Source: Negaprion brevirostris
Lineage: Eukaryota
Reading direction: 5' to 3'
DNA length: 64,000 nucleotides
Assembly (NCBI GenBank): GCA_030324005.1
Contig: JARDVH010000110.1
Location: 41,947,373 to 42,011,372 of the forward strand
Shown: one piece after another, positions 1-12,185 of the stretch
Layout: each line of letters starts with the position of its first letter
Numbering within the stretch: the stretch's first letter is position 1
The notes under the pieces: model-generated
What the model was told of the DNA's origin: nothing
Database searches by the model: none
Seen by the model: only the letters and a program-made list of their open reading frames with translations
Made by a program: the position numbers and the translations under genes

Positions 1-660
1 TTTGTTGACATTGCAGGAGAGATTATTGTCGTCGCACCATTTTACAAGATTCTTTATTGCTTTCCTGTATTCCATTCTACCATTGTTTGAGATCTGACCC
101 ACTACGGTCATCTGAAATTTGAAGAATTTCATTTGAAAATTGAGTTGGAGGGGAATTTGGTCACACAGTCATAGGTATATAAAAAGAGTACAGTAAGGGG
201 CTGAGGACAATGGTATTGAGGGCGATTGTGAAGGAGGTGTTGTTGCCTACTCTGCAATCTGTGGGTTAGGAAGTCTAGGATTCAGTCAAAGAGGGAGGAG
301 CAGAGCCCCAGGCCACAGAGTTTGGAGTTTTGTAGGAGTAATGGTGTTAAAGGCTGAGCTGTAGTCAATAAATAGGAGTCTGACATAGGTGTCTTTGTTA
401 TCTAGGTGTTCCCGGGTTGAGTGTAGGGCCAGAGGCCTGTGGACCGGTTGCAGCAATAGTCGAACTGTCGTGGGTCCAAGTAATCTGGGAGATCAGAATT
501 GTGTCATGACTAAGCTTTCAAAACACTTTATAACAATAGATGTCAGAGTCACCGGACAATACTCATTAAGTCACAATGCCTGGCTTTTCTTTGGTGCTGG
601 AATGATGGCCATCTTCTTTAAGCAGGTAGGGACCTCAGATGGGTGTAAGGAGGTTGAAGA
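1..660 (-). mobile_element. Rex1/Babar-type LINE reverse transcriptase fragment (decayed)
   Basis: The minus strand translates to [24 protein letters not shown] followed by degenerate WILDFLT- and LSPLL/LYTYDCV-like segments, typical of Rex1-clade RT. Frameshifted. Confidence 0.75.
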
Positions 661-859
661 TGTCTGCAATTACCCCTGTTTTTATTTCAGATTTCAAGCA
701 TCCACTACTTTGCTTTTATTATTATACCAAGTTTGGGTTGTACCATGACCATTCACCTCCAGATATCTTGGTCCAAACATTGATAAAGCACTGAATTCCA
801 GAGGTGAAGCAAGCATTATTGCCATTAAATCCATTTAACAGAGTGTAGCATCAAGGAGC

Positions 860-1287
860 GAGAGTAAAATTGAAGTGAATTGGAATTGAGACAAACTCTT
901 CAATAGTTGAAGTCATGCCCAGCACAAAGGAACATGGTTGTTGGAGACCAAACAGGTCTACCCAGGATGTCACTGGAGTAGTCCTTCAGGGTAGTGTCCT
1001 TGGCCCAACCATCTTCAGCTGCTTCATAAATTACCTTTCTTCCATCATATGGTCAGAGTGAAGATGTCCCTGATGAGAGCACAATGTTTTGCACCATTTG
1101 CTATTCCTCGGATATTTGAAGCAGTCCTAGTCCAAATGCAGCAAGGCCTTGACAATATCGAGGCTTGGGTTGAAAATTGGTGGACAATGACCATCTCCAA
1201 TAAGAGAGAATCTAATCATTGCTCCTGGACATTCAATAATATTACCTTCGCTGAATACCCCAATATCATCATTCTGCGGTTACCATT
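860..1287 (+). mobile_element. CR1/L2-group LINE RT fragment (5' piece of an interrupted copy)
   Basis: Degenerate G(V/L)QGSVLGPTIFSCFIN motif at ~975-1035 followed by a decayed FADD-like segment. The copy resumes at 2429-2476 and 3444-3975. Confidence 0.75.
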
Positions 1288-1576
1288 NNNNNNNNNNNNN
1301 NNNNNNNNNNNNNNNNNNNNNNNNNNNNNNNNNNNNNNNNNNNNNNNNNNNNNNNNNNNNNNNNNNNNNNNNNNNNNNNNNNNNNNNNNNNNNNNNNNNN
1401 NNNNNNNNNNNNNNNNNNNNNNNNNNNNNNNNNNNNNNNNNNNNNNNNNNNNNNNNNNNNNNNNNNNNNNNNNNNNNNNNNNNNNNNNNNNNNNNNNNNN
1501 NNNNNNNNNNNNNNNNNNNNNNNNNNNNNNNNNNNNNNNNNNNNNNNNNNNNNNNNNNNNNNNNNNNNNNNNNNNN

Positions 1577-2428
1577 TGAACATCTCGCCAAGGCCATCCC
1601 CACACCCCCACTTCTTGCCTTCAAACAACCGCACAACCTCAAATAGACCATTGGCCGCAGCAAACTACCCAGCCTTCAGGAGAACACGGACCATGCCACC
1701 ACAAAACACTGCCACAGCAACCTCTGCAAGATGTACCGGATCATCGACATAGATGCCACTATCTCATGCGAGGACACCATCCACCAGGTACATGGTACAT
1801 ACTCTTGCAATTCGGCCAATATTGTCTACCTGATACGCTGCAGGAAAGGATGTCCCAAGGCATGGTACATTGGGAAGACCATGCAGACGCTATGACAACA
1901 GACAAATGAAAACTGCTCAACAATCACCAGGCAAAAGTGTTCTCCTCCTGTTGGGGAACACTTCAGCGGTCACAGGCATTTGGCCTCTGATCTTCGGGTA
2001 AGCAATCTCCAAGGTGGCCTGCACGTCACACAACAACGCAGAGTGGCTGAGCAGAGACTGATAGCCAAGTTTTGCACATGATGACGGCCTCAACCAGGAT
2101 CTTGGGTTCATGTCACACTATTTGTAACCCCCACGACTCGCCTGGGCTTGCAAAATCTCACGAACTGTCCTGGCTGGAGACCATACATACCTCTTTAACC
2201 TGTGCTTAACATTCTCTCCGCTCACATTGTCTGTACCTTTGAGATTTGATTACCTGTAAAGACTCGCATTCTAACCATTATTTTGTAAATTGAGTTTGTG
2301 TCTTTATATGCCCTATTTGTGAACAGGACTCCCAGTTACCTGCTGAAGGAGCAGCACTCCGAAAGCTAGTGGCCTGTGCTACCAAATAGATCTGTTGGAC
2401 TCTAACCTCGTGTTGTGAGACTTCTTAC
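1577..2428 (+). mobile_element. Penelope-like element 3' part (GIY-YIG endonuclease, 3' UTR and terminal repeat)
   Basis: Translates to YSCNSANIVYLIRCRKGCPKAWYIGKT...PVGEHFS...AEQRLIAKF...DLGFMSHYL, a GIY-YIG signature with stops. Ends in TGTTGTGAGACTTCTTAC like other copies in the window. Confidence 0.85.
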
Positions 2429-2476
2429 AAGAGCGGATCAGTGGCTAGGAACCCTGTGGCAAGTAACTCACCTACT

Positions 2477-3443
2477 TGTAAGATTTTGATAATTCTACTA
2501 ATTTTTAGAATCTGTTATATCTATGAATTTATTTTGTAATCATTGCTTAAATTAATCAGTTTGAACCTCTGCTAGTTGGAATGCTTTACAGGAGGGCTTG
2601 TGTTTGTGAAGAAACCAAATTGTTTTATGACTGAGTTCCTTTTGAGCCTTGAGCTGAAGTAGTGACATTTGTCTTAACAGCCCTCAATACAATCAGGTAT
2701 TTTTTCAATTCCGTTTCAAGCAATGGCTAAAAACATTGTGAACTTAGGACAATACCTTATGTTTAAACAAATCATGTATTGCTTTAATTGATTTGTACCA
2801 GAGAGGACTTCTACTCTCTGATATTATGATAGGCAGTGGCCTTAACTGTTAATTTTTACAACTTTAGTGTGGGTTAAATATGCTGACATGAGAATGTGAT
2901 TTTATTTACAGCTTCTATGTGTCTGGTAGAAAATATACATTTGTTTGTAATGGAATGTAAATGTCTGTGGTCTGAACAGTTTAATGCTATGTTTCAGTTT
3001 ACAATCCAAAAAGCAGAGGTTCCAAAGCTGGGGTGACATGGGATAATTTGCACCCTATAGCCAAAAGGGGGGATGAATTTGGACCATCTGCAAAAAAGGG
3101 AATTGCTGAATAATGAGACTAATGTATGAAAATTGAAAACTTTGTGTCTTTGTTGGCACAGTGATACCATTGCTCCTGGGTATGACTCTTTTGGACATAG
3201 TTCAATATCACCTGAAAAAAAGAGACACCAGTTGTGCTGACAACACTAAGAATTTCTGAGATCTTGAGAGACTTGCATATTGTCTTCATTTTTTCTTTGC
3301 TAAATCTATGTAAAATACTGTTTTATAAATTTTACTTGATTCATAAATATTAGTTATTCATACCCTATAGGTCAAGCACAACTGAGGATCCTAGTCAGAC
3401 CTCAAATATTTTTCAATTAGAAGGGTTTTATTCAAACATTACA
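2477..3443. mobile_element. Solo-LTR-like insertion (~967 bp)
   Basis: Begins TGTAA and ends TTACA (TG...CA inverted termini). Flanked by TACT/TCCT, a 4-bp TSD with one mismatch. Interrupts a LINE whose sequence rejoins as CACC-TCCT-GACTCCCCAAAGCC. Confidence 0.65.
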
Positions 3444-3975
3444 TCCTGACTCCCCAAAGCCTGACCACCATCTACAAGGTACATCAGGAATGGATGGAAT
3501 AGTTTTCCCTTATCTGGATGAGTGCAGCTCCAACAACAGTCAACAAGCTTGACACCATTGGGAGCTTGATTGGCACCCCATTCACAATATTCAGTCCTGT
3601 GACCACAGATGCACAATATCAGTAGTGTGTACCATCTACAAGATGCATTGCAGGAACGCATCAAGTCTCCTTAGACAGCACCTTCCAAACACATGACCAC
3701 TACCACCTAGAAGGACAAAGGCAGTAGATACATGGAATACTCCTGGAAGTTACCCTCCAAGCCTCTCACCATCCTGACTTAGAACTATATCACCTTTCCT
3801 TCACTGTTGCCAGGTCAAAATTCTGGAACTCACTACCTAATAGCACTGCGGGTGTACCTACACTACATGGACTGGACTGCACTATTTCACAAAGGCTGGT
3901 CACCACACTTTATCAAGGGCCATTAGGGATGGGCAATAAATGCTGACGAAGCCCACATTCCTTGAATGAATTAAA
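3444..3975 (+). mobile_element. CR1/L2-group LINE 3' end
   Basis: LTPQSLTTIYK-like ORF2 C-terminal remnant, then the 3' tail AGGGATGGGCAATAAATGCTG...CCCACATTCCTTGAATGAAT. Confidence 0.75.
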
Positions 3976-6900
3976 AACAGTGAAGGATTTGCCATTAACC
4001 TGAGCTCAGCAGCTCCAGGCTCCACATGAAGTACACTTTCAAAAATCTCAACTGGCATCCTAGGGAGATAACAGAAAGAGAAAAAAATAGTCCTAACTGA
4101 TTTCAGCATTACCCACAAAGTTTTTGACATGTTCCACTTCTGAAAGATGCAGGATGGTATTGTGGCAGTTAGGCTTCTACTCACTAACAAATGGAGCCTG
4201 TGCCATAAGTGCATGGATACAAACGTTGTCAGGTCAGGAAAATGTGATCAATGATCCGAGTAGCAACATTGCACAGGAGCTGTGTTGACCCAGTCTCTCA
4301 TTGTAACTCTGCTAGAAACAAATGGCATTTCGCTTTACCCTGGTTTTGAGGGAAGGAGGATCAGGATCAACAGGAGACCAGGAATGTCATTTTGTTTTCA
4401 AGAATGGTTGCAACACAGAGTTTGATTCTTGAACCGTGACTGAAAAAAATCTCAAAATTTGGACTTAATGTCTGAATCACTTGTTTCTATAAAACAAGAC
4501 TTATGTCTCAGCATGCTCCTATAGTCAATTGCTTTTAATGCCAAATTATTTGCTTGCAAAATACCTCCCAAAAGTAAGTGAGCAGGATAGGTGAGGAAAC
4601 TGTGCTGAAGTCCAGAAATGCCTCATTCAGTTGAATTTCAAATTAAGCATCAAACACTCATCAAAAGCAGCAATGGAGACACAAGGAGAAAGCATAGCAA
4701 GAGGATTTGAGTATAGGGATAGGGATGTTGTGCTGCAATTGTATNNNNNNNNNNNNNNNNNNNNNNNNNNNNNNNNNNNNNNNNNNNNNNNNNNNNNNNN
4801 NNNNNNNNNNNNNNNNNNNNNNNNNNNNNNNNNNNNNNNNNNNNNNNNNNNNNNNNNNNNNNNNNNNNNNNNNNNNNNNNNNNNNNNNNNNNNNNNNNNN
4901 NNNNNNNNNNNNNNNNNNNNNNNNNNNNNNNNNNNNNNNNNNNNNNNNNNNNNNNNNNNNNNNNNNNNNNNNNNNNNNNNNNNNNNNNNNNNNNNNNNNN
5001 NNNNNNNNNNNNNNNNNNNNNNNNNNNNNNNNNNNNNNNNNNNNNNNNNNNNNNNNNNNNNNNNNNNNNNNNNNNNNNNNNNNNNNNNNNNNNNNNNNNN
5101 NNNNNNNNNNNNNNNNNNNNNNNNNNNNNNNNNNNNNNNNNNNNNNNNNNNNNNNNNNNNNNNNNNNNNNNNNNNNNNNNNNNNNNNNNNNNNNNNNNNN
5201 NNNNNNNNNNNNNNNNNNNNNNNNNNNNNNNNNNNNNNNNNNNNNNNNNNNNNNNNNNNNNNNNNNNNNNNNNNNNNNNNNNNNNNNNNNNNNNNNNNNN
5301 NNNNNNNNNNNNNNNNNNNNNNNNNNNNNNNNNNNNNNNNNNNNNNNNNNNNNNNNNNNNNNNNNNNNNNNNNNNNNNNNNNNTTATGCTTGACTCCACA
5401 GTGGGTTCCACTGTCGGGGGTTGAGAACCCCTAGGAGCACCATGGAGCAGCCCAACACTTGTATTTATATTCTGCTTTATTTTGTATATTGCATTTTGTA
5501 TTCTGATTTAGCGTTTCCCTTAAGGTTTGTGTTTGGTTTATTAAACCTTATTTCAAGTGTAAAGACTGTCCTGTATTTTGAACACCAACCCCCTCCCCAC
5601 CCCCAACAGATATGTCAGAGTCTGTTGTTGCTAAAGATTCCATAAATCTGCCGCAGGATCTGCTTGGTAGCAGACAAGTAACTTTCTGACAGCTTTGCTA
5701 TGTTTTCTTTCTTTCCTGTTGCAACAGCAAATCTCTGGCAGGATATGACTTTTGCTCACACACTGTACTCAATTGGACCCACAAATTATTTATTGACATA
5801 GCTAATTAAGTTGTTCAAGGAAACACCATGCAGTGATCTGTAATGCTTCTCTGTCTTCTCAATACAACGTTTAAAGGTGTTTAATACAGCAATGAGTAAC
5901 AGTCCTGTTTATGTTATTTTAAACTTAACAAAATCTACTGTATCAGTTATTTTTCCCTGTATGGAAAGTGTTCTTGGACGAAACATTGCATTTTAGCATT
6001 AAGTTCTTTTGAGGATATAATCATTCTGGCCACCAGGAGTCCCACTAACATCAATTATGCATTTGGCATCAGGATAATTAGTCCATATGCACAAATCAGT
6101 TTTGAAATAGACCTGTGGGAGCAGAGCCAGGATGCAAACTCACTCTGTCTAAAAAGACTTAGTCTGGAAAGTTTCCATAATAACATCAAGGTGCCATTCT
6201 TATCCTATAGCATAATTGGTTCATTATTCTAAAAAGTCAACTAAATTCACTTTAATGTCTCTTTCATTTGATTTAATTTCCCTTTTGTTCTTTACTCATG
6301 CACAGTGCCCCATAATTAACTTGCTAATTTTCTTACTTTTAATGCCTTGGTTTTCAAGATTTTCTTCCAGTTTACCTTTAGTTGCACTATTATTTACTCA
6401 TAATTTGCTCTTTCCCAATATGTTGCTGTAGTTTTTGTCCTACTTATGTCACTCTCCAACTTTTTTTTTTACGATCACCACTTCTAAGATGCTCTCCGAC
6501 TTACTTCAGTCTGTTCTGGTGCATTATCCATCTCAAGATCCTACAGTGATTCTTTCCCTGTCGAATTTCTTGAAAACTAACTAGTGATGCTAAAGAGTCA
6601 TTTTTTATCTGTTAAAACATGATTCCCTTTTCTCCTCCTGCTACATCTTCCTGTCAAATTTATTTGGAGTCAATGGGAGACTCCCATGATTATTATTACT
6701 CTGTGCCACTTCAAATGCTGGATAATTCAGCAAGTCTGGCAGCATCTGTGGAGAGAGAAACAAGAGTTATCTCTACTAGGGGGAATGGGTCCCTTCTTAT
6801 CTCTTAACTCAATCATTCAGGTCCTGTATCTTTTGTAGTCCTTCTTCCTTCTATCATTATGTGGGTTTATTAAAAAAGCAAAAGTAGGCAAGCCTACAAT

Positions 6901-7419
6901 GTACACGGCATATATATTAAATCCATTTTCAAAAGTAGAAAAGGAGGGCAAAACACCAGCCATACAAAAGAACTTAGAAATAATTCAAGACGAACTNNNN
7001 NNNNNNNNNNNNNNNNNNNNNNNNNNNNNNNNNNNNNNNNNNNNNNNNNNNNNNNNNNNNNNNNNNNNNNNNNNNNNNNNNNNNNNNNNNNNNNNNCAAT
7101 GCCTTCTCCCATCTAATCCAAGCTCCAACAACAAGCCTAGTCCCAGGATAGATCGGATTCTCAATGTTCACAATAACCTGTTGTTTCTTTAACCTCATCC
7201 TCCTCTCCATAACCCCCAGCACCCTACACCAGGAATGACACTAGCCCCATCACCAACTACTGCTCAATATGGAATTGTGTAACTACGTATGATCGTCATC
7301 ATATTTAACTATTGTGAAATCCACTTTAACCTTCATGAGATTGTAGTTTCTTCTGGTGTTCATACTCAATCCATATTTTAATCAGCTAGATTTTACTTGA
7401 TCTATGATCTTAATAGAAG

Positions 7420-7712
7420 TCTTAACAACCAGAGGGCAGAGATTTAAATTAAGAGGCAGTAGATTTAGAGGGAATTTAAGGAAAAATCTTTTTACCCAGA
7501 GGATGATGAAAATCTGGAACTCATTGCTTGAAAGAGTGATAGAGGCAGGATTCCTCACAACACTTAAGAAGCATTTAGATGAGAATTTGAAACACCATAG
7601 CATACAAGGCTACAGACTATGTGCTGGAAAATTAGTTTAGAATAGACAGGTGCTTGATGGCCAGTCCAGCCAAAGGGCATCCTTCTGTGCTGTAAAATTC
7701 TATGATTCTATG
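7420..7712 (+). mobile_element. CR1 (HER1-like) LINE 3' end
   Basis: TRGQRFKLRGSRFRGNLRKNLFTQRMMKIWNSL is the canonical CR1 ORF2 C-terminus. Ends in a (TTCTATGA)n-type tail. Confidence 0.85.
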
Positions 7713-8067
7713 ATACTTCATAAGGCCCCTTCTGATTCTGCAAAGTAGCACTGTGTTGTCAGCATACCCCAAGTTTGTTATGTTCATACCTTCAGTTACC
7801 CCTGAAAGTGTATCTGATTCTCTGAATATTTGTTTTGTGTGTGGATTGAATAATTTTGGTGACAGTACACAGCTTTGTCCTCCTCACTTGAAATATATCT
7901 GATTGTTCTTCTTCTAGTCTGATGTTCACTATAGGTTTGGAATAAATCTGACATTTTTACTGTCAATGTCACATTTCAGCAACACATCTATTAGCTTTTG
8001 AACAAACACTTTTTATAGCTTATGAAGCATCTGTAAATCATTTATTTACTTCTAGATTTTCTTTGTT

Positions 8068-8380
8068 CATGGGTTATGGGTCACTGGCTACGCCAACATT
8101 TATTGTTCATCCCTGAGGCAATTAAGAGTCAACCATATTGTTGTGAATCTGGAGTCATATGTTGCCTAGACCAGGTAAGGACCACAGATTTCCTTCCCTA
8201 AAGAACATTCAGGTTTTTACAACAATCAGCAATAATTCCATGGTTATCGTTAGACTTTAATTCCAGATTTTTATTGAATTCAACTTTCATCATCTGCCGT
8301 GGTGGGATTCGAACCCAGGTCCCCAGAGCATTATTCTGGGTCTCTGGATTACTAATCCATCTCTATGCCACTACCTCCCC
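8068..8380 (-). mobile_element. tRNA-derived SINE with CR1/L2-like 3' tail
   Basis: The minus strand has a tRNA-like head with the B box GGTTCGAATCCC and a tail (GGATGAACAATAAATGTTGGC) resembling the LINE end at ~3925-3975. Confidence 0.7.
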
Positions 8381-9471
8381 ATAGGGGATATATAATTTAA
8401 GAGCAATCTTCAGTAATTATCTTGAACAAGTAGATAAGTTTTTCTATTTAAAACAAATAATAAGATATCCCTCTCTTGTTCTACTTCAGATGTAAATCCA
8501 GACCATCTTTCACCAATTTCTGTTTTAAATATGTGATTACTTCTATTATGATTTAACAGAAAGAACGATGACTCATTAAGCTTATAGTTAGTTCTAAAAT
8601 GATTGAACTCTATCGCTTTAGATTTCTTGGATAACCTGAATGCATCAAGTCACCCGGAATGTATGCTTTGGTACATATTTTGATCACAAGTTTCTGTAAT
8701 CACTTCTCATTCTGTTTCTTGAAGGACTTTTAGATGTTTTGTTGTTGCTACATTTATGCTTGAAGCTTTTCCTGTACTCAGTAATGTCAAAGCATTCTTT
8801 TCTCCAATGTTAATATTTGGTCTTTCATTTGCCTTTATATCTTAAGCAACTCCATCAATTTGGAAATAAATGGTGGCGAGCCAGTGACACCCATGTCCCA
8901 TTAATGAAAAAAAGATGCAGTGCCAAAGTCAGAAAAATGTAAGTTAGCCAGAAGTAATTTTGTGAAGGAAATTAACAAAAAAAAATGCAAGTTTGTACCA
9001 AGGAAAAAGTTCACAAGATGCTGCATTCTATCAATTTTTCTATTGGCTACAGAAACCTGGATAAGGAATAAAGATCTCGGGAAGAAAACAGAAGCCTCTG
9101 AAATGTGAATGCTATGAGATATACTTAAAATTCCATCCACCCATCATAAGACAAATAAAGATGCTTGAAATTGGAAGACCAAAAATACAAAAAGTGATAT
9201 CCAGCATTGTCAGCATTTTAGCCATTTGATCAGAGCTGAGAAGCTCTCCTCTAGCAGACAAAGAAGATGGTAGCAGAGCAAGTAGTTGACAGAGATGTAC
9301 TTGGATGGTAGTTGTCATAAAGGAGCTACAGAGGATGTGCAGGCTGCTGTAGTGTTGTCTGGAGAGGGAGCCTGCCTTGCCAGCATCTCTAGGTCCCACA
9401 CAAATCTCCTAAACTCCAAAAAAGTAACTTAAGTGTGAGAGGAATGCTTGAACTGACCCACAGGTGGAGAT

Positions 9472-9512
9472 GGGCAGCATGGTGGCATAGTGGTTAGCAC
9501 TGCTGCCTCACA
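9472..9512 (+). mobile_element. HE1/V-SINE 5' end (rest in gap)
   Basis: GGGCAGCATGGTGGCATAGTGGTTAGCACTGCTGCCTCACA matches the shark HE1 SINE head (A box). Confidence 0.75.
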
Positions 9513-11779
9513 NNNNNNNNNNNNNNNNNNNNNNNNNNNNNNNNNNNNNNNNNNNNNNNNNNNNNNNNNNNNNNNNNNNNNNNNNNNNNNNNNNNNNNNN
9601 NNNNNNNNNNNNNNNNNNNNNNNNNNNNNNNNNNNNNNNNNNNNNNNNNNNNNNNNNNNNNNNNNNNNNNNNNNNNNNNNNNNNNNNNNNNNNNNNNNNN
9701 NNNNNNNNNNNNNNNNNNNNNNNNNNNNNNNNNNNNNNNNNNNNNNNNNNNNTTTAATCTCACCAATCTTCCCAACAAATTATATTTGTATCCGTGGATT
9801 TTTTTAAAAAAACGTGAGACTGGAGTTAGATCTTTTGATTTGTCCTTGATAGTAAAATAATTGATTTGAAACTTTTTTTTAATTGAACCAAATCCACATG
9901 AAAGTCCAATCCCAAATAATCCAGCTAGAAATAACCCACGGACGTTCAATTTATCTCCCGTGCTAATAGTAGGCGCTATGGCCAGGAACCACTTGGTTCT
10001 ATCCGCCAGTTTTAAACAAGATTATAATTTACCCCTTTGTCTCTTATACGCTGTGCCCCGAACAATTTGCGTTAACGTTGGCAGGATATAGTTTTAACAG
10101 GATTAGATCAGAAGTTCACACGTGTTTGAAAGAAATAGTGCGATTCGACGGATAGTCGTGGCTTTCGAGTTCTGCGCTTTACGTGGAGCTTCTCAGCTTC
10201 AAACAGTTAGCTCCCTGCCGATTTGTTATTGACCCTCAACTATCAAAGCAGTTTTATGCTTCGTATTGAAATACGCGAAAAAAAACTAATAAACAATTCT
10301 CTAGAATAAGTTGTGTCTAATACGACAAGCATTTTGACGCAATGCAAGTTTAAAAACATGGAATTTAGACCAGAAGGATTTCAATTGATTCAGTAACCCA
10401 TCTAAAATTGAAAATGTAACAACCTTTCCGTTTTATGTTATATTGATCGAATATATTTTCTTCGTGGTCCAGAACAGAATTTAGATTATGTTTACAAATG
10501 TTACTGTAAAAAAACAACTGGAATAGAGGTAGTTTGCAACAAAGCTCTGTACTGTAAAATAATTATTCTGAACTAAACGCCGCGGATCTGCTAAAGTAGT
10601 ATTATTTAATTTGCTAAAACACCCCCCCAAATTTGTATCAGTACATTTCAATCAAACCTTCACAATATTCTACTCCATTGGAAAGGGACTTGACCTAGCG
10701 TGATTCTTAATTAATCCTCGATGAAACGTTTAATACCCAAACTTAAAACATACTCCGTAATTCTATGTTTCTAAAGCTATTTGAAGAAAAGCATCCGCCA
10801 CTCAATTAGCTTCACCGGTTGGGATGTATTACATCCGACTAAGTTCAGCTGCTCAATTACAATCCCCTTGCAACTTTCACAATCCAATTGGAGCACTCTG
10901 ATATGTAACAGCATAACGTCCCCCCAAAAGAGCAGAGCTACGACTTGCAAACATAATCAATCTTTGTATTTCTAGGTTGTTGTAAGTACGCGGGTTGGAC
11001 TGGCTATACATTGAGTTTGTAAAACCATTAAATACTGATGTGAAGCTTAAAAGTCTCATTACTTTATGAGAATTGCTGAACTATTCCATCACCGTTCAAA
11101 CAACAAGATTTAATGTAAGCGTACGTTTGTGTAACGATTTTTATCACAGTCGAACCTTAAACAAAAAACAGTGATGAAGGATGGGTTATAAACGCTAACC
11201 AGCTTAATGAGATCAATTTGTTAAAGGTGAGGGATGATTAATGTTATATTTGGTAGCGACTTTGGGAGGGTATTCCCAATAAATGTGAGAGGGTTAGTTG
11301 AAAGTTCTAGTCTCGAATAGTGAGTGACATGAAGTAAAGTCCAGGTTTTGAAAAATAGACTGTCTGCCAAAATACCTACCTTATAGGATAATCAGATGTG
11401 GAAAACCACAGAGGTGTAAAATAGGACATGAACTTTGAAATATATGTTAGAGAGTTAACGCGGTTTATGAAAACCGGATAATGGATGTGATGGGTTGGAA
11501 CTCCGAAGGATAGCATTCGATTCCAGCGGGGATTTGTATTGTCTCATTAACAAGTCAAGTCAGATAGAATAGATTAAAAGCCAAAAGTAGGTAGTCGTGG
11601 TGACTAGAATTGAAAATGTGCGAATATGGAACTTAAATGAAGGAGGCGCCAATGAAGCATTGACTAGATAGGCTGCGTGGACTGGTTGGGCTGTTTTGTA
11701 CTGTGTAACCAGGAGGCTGAGTGGTTTGAGAGAGTTTCAAATAATAAGTATGGTAGACTCACTACGGAATCATGCGAAA

Positions 11780-12185
11780 CTGCGCGCAGGTAATTGCGCT
11801 AGCCCGAGTTAAAAAGCCCACTCAGATAGCAATGTTCATTCTAAAGTCGCCACTGAGTGTGATAGACTGTCTCTTAAAGAAGAGACGTTAAACTGGAGTC
11901 CCATGGGTCCTTTCAGCGGATGGTGATGATCCCATGGCACTATTTTGGCTATTGAACGAACTGGGGACAGGAATAGGCCCCTTCGAGCTTGCTCTGCCAT
12001 TCGTTAAGATCATAACTGATCTGATTGTAATCCCAAATCCACATCATTGCTGAATATGGGTGCTTGTTATGAGCAAATTGGTTGTAGTCATTCCTACATT
12101 AGAGGACTAAATTTCGAAAGTACTTAACTGGTTGTGAAATGCTTTGTCCTGTGGTTGTGAAAGGCATTATATAAATACAAAACCC
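11780..12185 (+). mobile_element. DeuSINE (SacSINE1/AmnSINE1-like), with a short LINE-tail insertion at ~11965-12045
   Basis: Deu-domain-like segments GAGACGTTAAAC, GATCCCATGGCACTATTT and GCAAATTGG...TTCCTACATT, plus the tail AAGTACTTAACTGGTTGTGAAATGCTTTG...GTGAAAGGCATTATATAAATACAA. Confidence 0.65.
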
